DNA of 64,000 bases from Octopus sinensis. Taxonomy: Eukaryota. Of this stretch, positions 54,549-64,000 are shown piece by piece. The stretch lies in contig NC_043013.1 in the NCBI RefSeq assembly GCF_006345805.1, positions 56,296,001 through 56,360,000 on the forward strand. The letters are read 5' to 3'. The stretch's first letter is position 1. Every line of letters starts with the position of its first letter. A model generated the notes under the pieces. The model made no database searches, was not told the DNA's origin, and worked only from the letters and a program-made list of their open reading frames with translations. The position numbers and the translations under genes were made by a program.

Positions 54549-54552
<4 letters not shown>
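53983..54552. mobile_element. Fold-back element in (TA)n with minimal hammerhead-like motifs (Penelope-type)
   Basis: Arms TTGTAAAAAAGAAGTTTGAAAACGCC...GGTAGTTAGTATA (53983-~54285, with an internal ~100-bp duplication) and their reverse complement (~54360-54552), separated by a ~75-bp spacer; TA-rich flanks. Confidence 0.75.
54041..54085 (-). ncRNA. Minimal type I hammerhead-like motif, U3-A8 core variant
   Basis: Minus strand reads AUUU-UUGAUAA-GGUUC guuuuuucaa GAACC-GAA-ACAUGU-A-AAAU. The mirror copy at 54450-54494 (+) has core UUGGUAA. Confidence 0.6.
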
Positions 54553-54603
<51 letters not shown>

Positions 54604-54803
54604 TATATATATATGTATGTATATATGTATATATATATATATATATTATATATACATATGCATATGCCCTGCTCGCTTAGCAAGCGGGGAGGCATCATTT
54701 GAATGCTAAAACAAAGCGAAGCGCATTGTGACAACGATGTGTAGCAACATCTAATAGCCTGGTCGGTCACGGTGATCACGGTGATATATATATATATATA
54801 TAC

Positions 54804-54852
<49 letters not shown>

Positions 54853-54867
54853 TATATATATATACAC

Positions 54868-54909
<42 letters not shown>

Positions 54910-54926
54910 TATATATATATATATAA

Positions 54927-54973
<47 letters not shown>

Positions 54974-55203
54974 ATTAATCAATATAGGGTGTCAAAAAAA
55001 AAAAATTTTGTAGAATTTTTTTGCCACCAGCGGCCTAGTGGGAAAAAATTAAATAGTCATAGACCATTTTTAAGTTCAACATCAACAATCAAGGAACGGC
55101 CATAATAGGCTATTCACCCACTAGAAATAACAGCCAAAGCTTCAACCGCAAATAAAAATCAATTCCGTAAACAGGAGAAAATTTAAAAAACATTTACCCT
55201 ATA

Positions 55204-55310
55204 ATTTCTTATACGATGCACCGTTTCATCTGCTGTTTAATGGTAAACTAACCTGATTAAATTAAATCAAGCTAATCTTCCATAGGCCCTCAGATTCTTC
55301 AGTAAGAAAT
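55204..55310 (-). ncRNA. Type I hammerhead ribozyme, array copy 1
   Basis: Minus strand reads AUUUCUUA-CUGAAGA-AUCUG..(long hairpin)..CAGAU-GAA-ACG GUGCAU CGU-A-UAAGAAAU: 8-bp stem I, intact core, GUA cleavage triplet (A at 55212). Confidence 0.88.
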
Positions 55311-55698
55311 AGCCCAAGTCGGAACAGATATTTTCACGAGGCATTTCCGACCCTGCCAAGGTAATATCTGACCTAAAATTTTCAAATCATCGCACTCGCG
55401 CCAAATTTATCGGCAGCAAATAAATATAAGCCGTCGATTCCATTACGGAATTAACCAGAAAATTCATAATTAATCAATATAGGGTGGCAAAAAAAAAAAA
55501 TTTTGTAGAATTTTTTTGCCACCAGCGGCCTAGTGGGAAAAAATTAAATAGTCATAGACCATTTTTAAGTTCAACATCAACAATCAAGGAACGGCCATAA
55601 TAGGCTATTCACCCACTAGAAATAACAGCCAAAGCTTCAACCGCAAATAAAAATCAATTCCGTAAACAGGAGAAAATTTAAAAAACATTTACCCTGTA

Positions 55699-55805
55699 AT
55701 TTCTTATACGATGCACCGTTTCATCTGCTGTTTAATGGTAAACTAACCTGATTAAATTAAATCAAGCTAATCTTCCATAGGCCCTCAGATTCTTCAGTAA
55801 GAAAT
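55699..55805 (-). ncRNA. Type I hammerhead ribozyme, array copy 2
   Basis: Same motif as copy 1, 495 bp away; cleavage A at 55707. Confidence 0.88.
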
Positions 55806-56085
55806 AGCCCAAGTCGGAACAGATATTTTCACGAGGCATTTCCGACCCTGCCAAGGTAATATCTGACCTAAAATTTTCAAATCATCGCACTCGCGCCAAA
55901 TTTATCGGCAGCAAATAAATATAAGCCGTCGATTCCATTACGGAATTAACCAGAAAATTCATAATTAATCAATATAGGGTGGCAAAAAAATTTGGCGCGA
56001 GTGCGATGATTTGAAAATTTTAGGTCAGATATTACCTTGGCAGAGTCGGAAATGCCTCGTGAAAATATCTGTTCCGACTTGGGCT

Positions 56086-56192
56086 ATTTCTTACTGAAGA
56101 ATCTGAGGGCCTATGGAAGATTAGCTTGATTTAATTTAATCAGGTTAGTTTACCATTAAACAGCAGATGAAACGGTGCATCGTATAAGAAAT
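56086..56192 (+). ncRNA. Type I hammerhead ribozyme, array copy 3
   Basis: Stem I ATTTCTTA 56086-93 / TAAGAAAT 56185-92; core CTGAAGA 56094-100; stem II ATCTG 56101-05 / CAGAT 56164-68; GAAAC 56169-73; stem III ACG..CGT; GTA with cleavage after 56184. Confidence 0.9.
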
Positions 56193-56578
56193 TACAGGGT
56201 AAATGTTTTTTAAATTTTCTCCTGTTTACGGAATTGATTTTTATTTGCGGTTGAAGCTTTGGTTGTTATTTCTAGTGGGTGAATAGCCTATTATGGCCGT
56301 TCCTTGATTGTGATGTTGAACTTAAAAATGGTCTATGACTATTTAATTTTTTCCCACTAGGCCGCTGGTGGCAAAAAAATTCTACAAAATTTTTTTTTTT
56401 TGCCACCCTATATTGATTAATTATGAATTTTCTGGTTAATTCCGTAATGGAATCGACGGCTTATATTTATTTGCTGCCGATAAATTTGGCGCGAGTGCGA
56501 TGATTTGAAAATTTTAGGTCAGATATTACTTGGCAGGGTCGGAAATGCCTCGTGAAAATATCTGTTCCGACTTGGGCT

Positions 56579-56685
56579 ATTTCTTACTGAAGAATCTGAG
56601 GGCCTATGGAAGATTAGCTTGATTTAATTTAATCAGGTTAGTTTACCATTAAACAGCAGATGAAACGGTGCATCGTATAAGAAAT
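56579..56685 (+). ncRNA. Type I hammerhead ribozyme, array copy 4
   Basis: Identical motif; predicted cleavage after 56677. Confidence 0.88.
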
Positions 56686-57076
56686 TACAGGGTAAATGTT
56701 TTTTAAATTTTCTCCTGTTTACGGAATTGATTTTTATTTGCGGTTGAAGCTTTGGCTGTTATTTCTAGTGGGTGAATAGCCTATTATGGCCGTTCCTTGA
56801 TTGTTGATGTTGAACTTAAAAATGGTCTATGACTATTTAATTTTTTCCCACTAGGCCGCCGGTGGCAAAAAAATTCTACAAAATTTTTTTTTTTTTTTTG
56901 CCACCCTATATTGATTAATTATGAATTTTCTGGTTAATTCCGTAATGGAATCGACGGCTTATATTTATTTGCTGCCGATAAATTTGGCGCGAGTGCGATG
57001 ATTTGAAAATTTTAGGTCAGATATTACCTTGGCAGTGTCGGAATGCCTCGTGAAAATATCTGTTCCGACTTGGGCT

Positions 57077-57185
57077 ATTTCTTACTGAAGAATCTGAGGG
57101 CCTATGGAAGATTAGCTTGATTTAATTTAATCAGGTTAGTTTACCATTAAACAGCAGAGATGAAACGGTGCATCGTATAAGAAAT
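57077..57185 (+). ncRNA. Type I hammerhead ribozyme, array copy 5
   Basis: Same motif with a 2-nt AG insertion on the 3' side of stem II (ATCT/AGAT still pairs); predicted cleavage after 57177. Confidence 0.82.
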
Positions 57186-57304
57186 TACAGGGTAAATGTT
57201 TTTTAAATTTTCTCCTGTTTACGGAATTGATTTTTATTTGCGGTTGAAGCTTTGGCTGTTATTTCTAGTGGGTGAATAGCCTATTATGGCCGTTCCTTGA
57301 TTGT

Positions 57305-57344
<40 letters not shown>

Positions 57345-57893
57345 CAAAGTTGAGTTGTGGGGTATCGCACGAGTGGAATTATATACGAAAGAAGGTTTGA
57401 AAATGCAATTTAAAAGATGTTTATTTACTTAACTGGTTTCACTCTTTGGAAAAAGATTGTGAAAAGTAACATAGAATATTATGAATTCAAAAAAGTTTTT
57501 TACATAATTGCCACATTACATGTATGTATACAGTCTTTGGTAACAGGGACATGTTAAGGACATAAAGAAGTACAACAGTGTGATGAGAATATTTGAAAAA
57601 ATGGGCAGAAAAGAATAAAACAAATATATTATTGGAAGTTTGGTTGCGTTAATTATTGGTTGTTCCAAATTGCCACATTACATGTATATATACAGTCTTT
57701 GGTAACAAGGACATGTTAAGGACGTAAGAAAGTACAACAGTATGATGAGAATATTTGAAAAAATGGGCAGAAAACATTAAAACAAATATATTATACATCT
57801 CCGGGTCAGTACATATATATATATATACATATACGTTTATATAATTGTTGTGCAAGATATTTTATATTTATATTTTTTTTTATATATGTATAG

Positions 57894-57928
<35 letters not shown>

Positions 57929-58048
57929 ATAATATATATATATATACATATATATATCTTTATATACATATCTTCATATATATATATATATATATATCTT
58001 TATATACATATCTTCATATATATATATATATATCTTTATATACATATC

Positions 58049-58091
<43 letters not shown>

Positions 58092-58229
58092 ATATATATA
58101 TATATCTTTATATACATATCTTATATATATATATATATATATATATATCTTTATATACATATCTTCATATATATATATGTGTGTGTGTGTGTGTATATAT
58201 ATATATACTTACACATATCTGTATAGATA

Positions 58230-60040
58230 TCTCTCTATATATAAAAGTGAGAATGTCTGTCTGTCTGTCTGTGTGCTTCCCTAAAACTTAAGAACTGCAC
58301 AACCAATTTCATTCAACTTTTACAAATGCCTTACTTAGGGTCCATGTACTTTCATGGGCAAAAAAAGTGTTCAACTTCTTGCCTAGGGCGAGGCCATAGT
58401 AATATCATATCTTCTCCACTATTTCAGTATTACGTGTTAAAAGTGAAACAAAAACATTTCTCTATTTTATGTCAGACACTTTCACTTTAACAATAAAAAT
58501 TAGAGATAATAATAACAGATGAATTATATGTAGTAAGTAATAATTAAAATCAAACTAAAGTATAATATAATCGTAACATAACAAAAGTAAAAATAGCAAT
58601 TGGTATAAAATTGCATCAATGACTTGAACAAGTGGCTTCACATGAATGAGAATCAATTAAAAATAAAATGAGTGTGCAGAAATGGAATAGTCCAGATGGA
58701 GCTGTGCACATACACTTTACCACGGCTTTTACATTAGATTATCTGCTAATTAGCTAGCATTAAATATCTATATGAAGTTTGACTGTATGTAATGTCTGTT
58801 TTCTTGAACAGCCACTTCTACTGAGTACCTATGGTTTATTTCTTATACATAAAGGACTATAGCTTCAACTGCATACTGCTTTTTGATTCACTGTAAGGTT
58901 TGTTGTTATTATTATCACTGTTTAACTATTGTTATCACGTTTGTTGGTTCCTCGTAAGGGAAAAGTTGTTGTGTTGCACTTGTTAAATAATTGTAAACCG
59001 TAATCCACCCCCTTTGGGAGAAGTAGCTTTGGTTATTGTTTAAAAATTGAATTGTGTCCCTGTCTGGGGAAATTGACAATATTTTCACCGTTTATACGGA
59101 AGCATTTTTGTTAAAATGTCTTTGATAGAAGAAAGTCCAAATATGAATTTCGCTGCAGCCATCAGCGGGCGCGAACTCATTAAAATTTAAATGGAAGAAA
59201 TACAAACCTATTTCGGATTGATCACCGACAAAGACGGTGAATGCAGGATAACACCACCAAACGAAATAAAAAGTAAAATTAAAGAAAAGACTATTGTCTA
59301 TAAAGTATACAATGAAGAGAAAAAAAAAGATTTGAGCACCTGGAGGAAAGCACCATCGAAAAGTGTCTTGGTGCGACTATGAAAGATAACTAACCAGAGG
59401 CGGTAAATTCACCACAATAGAAGTAAGGTTCGAGTCAACGGAGCATGCAAGGGAGTACTCAACTCGAACCTTGCAAAGTGGAAATATTTTATTATTACCT
59501 TTATATCTGGGACGTAGGATGTCCCGGATAAAAATTTAAAATGCCCCCCCCCCAGAAGTAGAGGTAGGCTGGATTGTAGCCACACTTCTATACAAGAGGG
59601 AGGACAAGATACAATTGATCGAAATTGCAAGAGACGGGCCTACAATTCCAGTCTGTTATATATTTTGAGTATTGTTATCACTAGCGATATCAAAATATAA
59701 CTTTGTATTTTGTATTTTATGTGTAGATGTATATATATAGATGTACATGCAATATGTACACATATATCACTTTGATCACTTTGACCGACCAGTCCGTCAG
59801 GCGTCCATTTGACACCGCTGGTCACAGCACGCTGTCCACACCTCTCTGGATCGCGCCTTTCTCATCCACGTGATCCCAATCGTCCTCCTGAAATCGTCAC
59901 TCCACCGTCGTGGAGCTCTTCCGGGTGGTCTTTTCCACTCACGCGGGTACCACTCGACAGCTGTGTGCGTCCACACAAATATATACACATATATACATGC
60001 ACTAGCCCTATGACCCGGCAACGACGGGTCATAATGCTAG
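58230..60040 (+). mobile_element. Helitron-like element (5' TC end and 3' hairpin-CTAG end)
   Basis: A|TCTCTCTATATATAAAAGTGAGAATGTCTGTCTG at 58230; perfect 9-bp hairpin TATGACCCG/CGGGTCATA at 60009-33, then CTAG|T at 60037-41. That both ends belong to one element is inferred. Confidence 0.6.
59770..59965 (-). mobile_element. RTE LINE extreme 3' fragment
   Basis: VEWYPREWKRPPGRAPRRWSDDFRRTIGITWMRKARSREVW, an RTE C-terminal signature, followed by a short AAAGTGATC repeat tail. Confidence 0.8.
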
Positions 60041-60057
60041 TCTATGTGTGTATGTAT

Positions 60058-60092
<35 letters not shown>

Positions 60093-60152
60093 CGCGTGTG
60101 TGTGTGTTGCATAATATATATGTTTGATGTGTCATAAAGCAACAGATATTTG

Positions 60153-60252
60153 NNNNNNNNNNNNNNNNNNNNNNNNNNNNNNNNNNNNNNNNNNNNNNNN
60201 NNNNNNNNNNNNNNNNNNNNNNNNNNNNNNNNNNNNNNNNNNNNNNNNNNNN
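60153..60252. other. Assembly gap (100 N)
   Basis: Run of N. Confidence 1.
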
Positions 60253-60369
60253 GGTGTATAATCATTTAGTCTTGATTGAGTTGAAGGTGGTTCTGTCTCT
60301 AAAATTACTCATATATATATATATCTGTGTGTGCATGTGTTTTCTCTCCGTGTGTCTTTATATTTATGT

Positions 60370-60592
60370 TTGTGTCTTTGTTTCTGTGTTTGTCCCCACC
60401 CATTACTGCTTAACAACCGGTGATGGTATCTTTACATTCCCATAACTTAGCAGTTTGGCTAAAGAGACTGACAGAATAATTACTAAGTTTTAAAAATAAG
60501 TACTGGGGTGGATTTGTTCCACTAAAATCCTTCAAGGTAGAGCTCCAGCATGGCCACAGTCAAGTGACTGAAACAAGTAAAAGGATAGGAGT
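60370..60592 (+). mobile_element. SINE family A, 3' half
   Basis: CCCATAACTTAGC..GACAGAATAA..CCAGCATGGCCACAGTCAAGTGACTGAAACAAGTAAAAG. Confidence 0.8.
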
Positions 60593-60727
60593 ACACACCC
60601 ATACACACACACATACACACACCCATACACACACACATACACACACACATACACACACACACATACACACACACCCACACGCACACACATGTATGTGTAT
60701 ATATAGTTATATATATGTATGTATACC

Positions 60728-61967
60728 CAGGTTTTGCAAAAGTCCAGTTACATTGGTTACAACACTGAACAAAGGATGCAGTTAGACACATTTTTATTGT
60801 TTAACATATAAATGTGTTTCTAAATGTTATTATTAAGTAATGTAGCCACCCTCACTGGTGAGCACATGTTCTGGGCGAGATCTGAAAGCTACACACACGT
60901 TGTGGATGAAGTCCTTCCTCATGCTGGCCCACAAACCATTGATGGAGGACTTCAGCTTGTCAACTTTGATGTGACAGACCTTACGGACCTTGTCCTCAAA
61001 ATGCACCCACACACTAGTCCAGGGGTTGAGGTCAGATGACTGCATTGGTTAAAAGTCCTTCAACCAGAAGTTCATTTTCGATCCTAACCACTCTTGTACA
61101 GTCTTGGTCATGTGGGCCAGGGCATTGTCCTGCTGAAAGACATAGTCCACCTTCTTCATGATCTTTCTCTCACAGGGCAGGATTTTGTGGCCAAGATGTT
61201 CTTGTAGTCAGCTATGGTGAGCCTGTAATTAGCTGTGAAGCACACTGGTGACATCTTCTCACCATATGAAGCCATGATACTGAACATCATCATGGGGGTT
61301 GGATACTTCATCGTGGACATGTAGTGGACCTCAGAAACATCCAGTCCAAAGTTGACCATGCAGATGATTGGATTGATCTTGAAAGATTTTTCATCAGAAA
61401 AAATGAGAATTCGATTGCCATGACCCTTCAAGTCATTGAGAAGGCAATGACAGCACTCTTGACAGTGAGTGTTTTCACATATGGTCAGTAAGCAGCGGCC
61501 TTTCCATACATCTCAAGATCTTGCCTGTCTCCTCCTTGACAGCCCTGTACACTGTGGCCACCAAGATGTTGTTCTTTGCGAGCACAGTCATTTTGAGCTT
61601 CAGATCACTTTTGAAAGCCTTTCCAACAGCCAAATGGTTGACAACTTGAGGTCTGACTGATTGAGGTCGATCTTTGAGGTGTTTCTTGTCCTTGAGCCTC
61701 TCCGTGACTCTATGGAGAGTCACCTGACAGATGTTGAGCTGCTTGCTGATGTCAGGCTTGTTGTGGCCCTTGCACAGGAGTGCAAAGATCTGGGGTTTTT
61801 TTTTTTAAAATTCCATCTTGATACACCTGCTCACAATGGTAAAGATTTTGTAATGACATGTGCTGGAAAAGTAGAACTTGAAGTGTGTTTGTCTGTACTT
61901 TTTCTATCTCACACATTAACCTCTTGAAAAATCAAAACCGAGTGTAACAGGACTTTTGAAGAGCCTG
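60728..61967 (-). mobile_element. Decayed Tc1/mariner-superfamily element, maT (DD37D)-like
   Basis: ~32-bp imperfect TIRs (CAGGTTTTGCAAAAGTCCAGTTACA / TGTAACAGGACTTTTGAAGAGCCTG). Minus-strand fragments IFSDEKSF, YVFQQDNALAH, SSDLNP..SVW, FRSRPEHVLTSEGGYI. Confidence 0.85.
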
Positions 61968-64000
61968 ATATATATATGTACATGTATATATATAATCATG
62001 TACAAACATATGCACAATGTGCACACACTCATGCACACACACACATGCACACACATATATACAAGCACACAAGCTTGTACATATATATATATATATTATA
62101 TACATCCATACATATGTGTGTATGTATGCATGTAAGCATAAAGCAGAGAGCAAAGAATAAAACTTCATCAAGCAGATTAAACATATAACAGGTTTTGAAA
62201 ATATGATCCTCCGTCAATAAACTAATGCCATGGAGTGGCTTGACATAAAAAAGATGCCCTGAATGCTGATTGAGTTTACGAGTCCCTCTGGAAGAGGATA
62301 CGTGAAAGAAAGTGTTGAGATATGAAAGTTTAGGGAGCTACGTGAATCATGATGATGGCAGCAGAGATGGGGTGTCATGGGTTTGTGAATCAATCTCTTC
62401 TGTCCTTACTGAATGGTATTACACTCAGGTAGAATGGGAGAAATGTGGTTCGCAGTCTTGTGAAGGAATCAAAGAATGATTTATCATGGATGTATGGTAA
62501 AGATATGTGAGGGAAAGCCAAAAGCAGAGAGCAAAGAATAAAACTTTATCGAGCAGATTAAACATAATATTTACTGTGTGATCAGAGTGGGTGGCATTCT
62601 GGTATGATGATATAATCGCAGGATTGAAGGAAGAAGGGGAAAAAAAGACATGTTGTAGTGTGGGCCAAAAAACTTTGAATGCTCCCTGCTAGCACCAATT
62701 CAGTGCTGCTAGGCATTGCTAGAGAAAGCAATACTGTTAGAAGACACCCAAATTGCTTTAATTTCCTGTTGACAGCTGAAGAAGGAAACGTTTCACTGTA
62801 CAAACTGTAAAATATATAAAATATTATACTAAACTGGGTAGAATCTAGCTAAGATATTTAATTCTTGTGAAGCAGAAATATGATCAAACCAAAATACCTG
62901 TTATATCTAAAGGCCCTGAACATGTTCTACTTTGTTCTAACTTTCCAAATAACTTCCTAGTTTTTAATGGGAGTGACAGAGGGAACAATCTTTAGCGTTA
63001 GTATATCGATTTCTTTTTGTTTTTTTTTTTGTTTTTTCAAACCTCCTGTCTTTTCTGCTCAGTACACTTAAGTAGACATGTTGCTGTATTTGTTTAAGAA
63101 ACAAAACAAACAAAAATGTGCAAAAAATATAGCCAGTGCTTTCAGACATAATTTGTTCCACACTTACTAGAATATGTTTAGAAATAACATTATTTTACAT
63201 ATTCTTTGAGGGGCCGAAAACATCATTGTTTTCAGGATTTCTCAGCATATTTTGTTTTCCTAAAATCATTTGGAACAGACAGAATGCCTATGGAGATATG
63301 TTCTTAGAAATATTCTTAAAATATATGACAGTAAGTCTTCGATATATATGCAACCAAAAATGTCAACCAAATATATCAGCAGAGTCCTATTTTTCCCAAA
63401 AGTGCTTCGTTTCTTATCGCTGTTTTTATGATAAATGCAAATTTCTTATTTTATATGCTTCAAATAAAACAACAGTTTGTTGTTTAAGAATTATTGTAGA
63501 TGTTTGATCAAATGTTATGCAACTTGGTTCCATGTTAATGGTTGATTTAAAGAGTGACTGAAGAATCATCAGCAAAAATTACAGAAAAATCTGGATATAC
63601 TGATTAAAAACTTCAAATATTTTAATATTTTTTAAATATGTCTTTGCTCAAAAATCACTCATGAAGTTTCGTAGTGTTTTAATAACTGGTGGTGTTTGAT
63701 GGAGGCAAGAAGTCCCTATTCATGAATCTCTACAATAGAAAGCTGTACTTCAGGATCAAGTTAGCATCAAATTAGATAACCCAAAGTCATGTTTACAATG
63801 GCATGCAGCCATTCAAGGTACCCTTTCAAGGTACCCCTTCAAGGCACCTGCTCTAGACACCCACACACTCTATTTCCTCCTTTGAACAAGCCACAGACAG
63901 AAGACATATGAATTTGAAGTTCTATTTTTGAAATGGAGTGTGAAACAGTTTTTACAATCTGAAAAACTGGTGAAAGGAAGGCAGGAAGGTAGCAGATCCC

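Larger units (their letters stand above)
54975..57307. mobile_element. Hammerhead-containing ~495-bp tandem/inverted array (retrozyme or Penelope-derived non-autonomous element), flanked by (TA)n
   Basis: Units start with TTAATCAATATAGGGT at 54975, 55470 and 55965 (period 495). The sequence flips strand at ~55990 (AAATTT microhomology) and then runs as ~2.7 reverse-complement units to ...GATTGTTGA at 57307. (TA)n lies on both sides. No ORF; one HHR per unit. Confidence 0.85.

Noticed and set aside
54975-57307. Interpretation as a TIR DNA transposon/MITE or a plain satellite
   Set aside because: The two termini are not mirror images (offset by ~100 nt on the monomer), the arms are made of tandem units, and each unit holds a covarying HHR. 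A DNA-transposon origin is not formally excluded.
57425-57475. Minus-strand UCUUU-uucc-AAAGA..GAAACCAGUU hairpin resembling a decayed HHR
   Set aside because: The CUGANGA core is absent (UUCACAA).
62590-62810. WVAFWYDDIIAGLKEEG faintly like phosphoglycerate mutase
   Set aside because: The downstream AHGNSLR motif is missing, frameshifts would be required, and there is no exon support.

Overview
AT-rich, microsatellite-dense eukaryotic DNA. The SINE and RTE-LINE repertoire resembles Octopus or another cephalopod (inference, not verified). No intact host gene could be assembled, and almost all long ORFs in the track are translations of microsatellites. Recognisable elements are a near-full-length RTE LINE (about 46.4-52.2 kb; APE endonuclease, RT, a C4HC3 zinc finger and a 2.6-kb tandemly repeated 3' UTR) with many 3'-end fragments of the same family, two tRNA-derived SINE families, a decayed mariner, a decayed Tc1/maT-like element, Helitron/HINE-like non-autonomous elements, an R4/Dong-like RLE fragment and a Ty3/gypsy integrase remnant. 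The main discovery is a set of non-coding fold-back elements carrying type I hammerhead ribozyme (HHR) motifs, most of them inserted in (TA)n. A 495-bp monomer forms a 5-HHR tandem-plus-inverted array at 54975-57307. A diverged relative with 2 HHRs at 21585-22360 shows compensatory stem changes and the same termini. Two unrelated fold-back elements carry minimal, Penelope-type HHR-like motifs (53983-54552 with a U3-A8 core; 24186-24535). Together these look like retrozyme or Penelope-derived mobile RNAs that could produce ~495-nt self-cleaved, possibly circular, RNAs. Structures were read by eye; no folding or database search was run.
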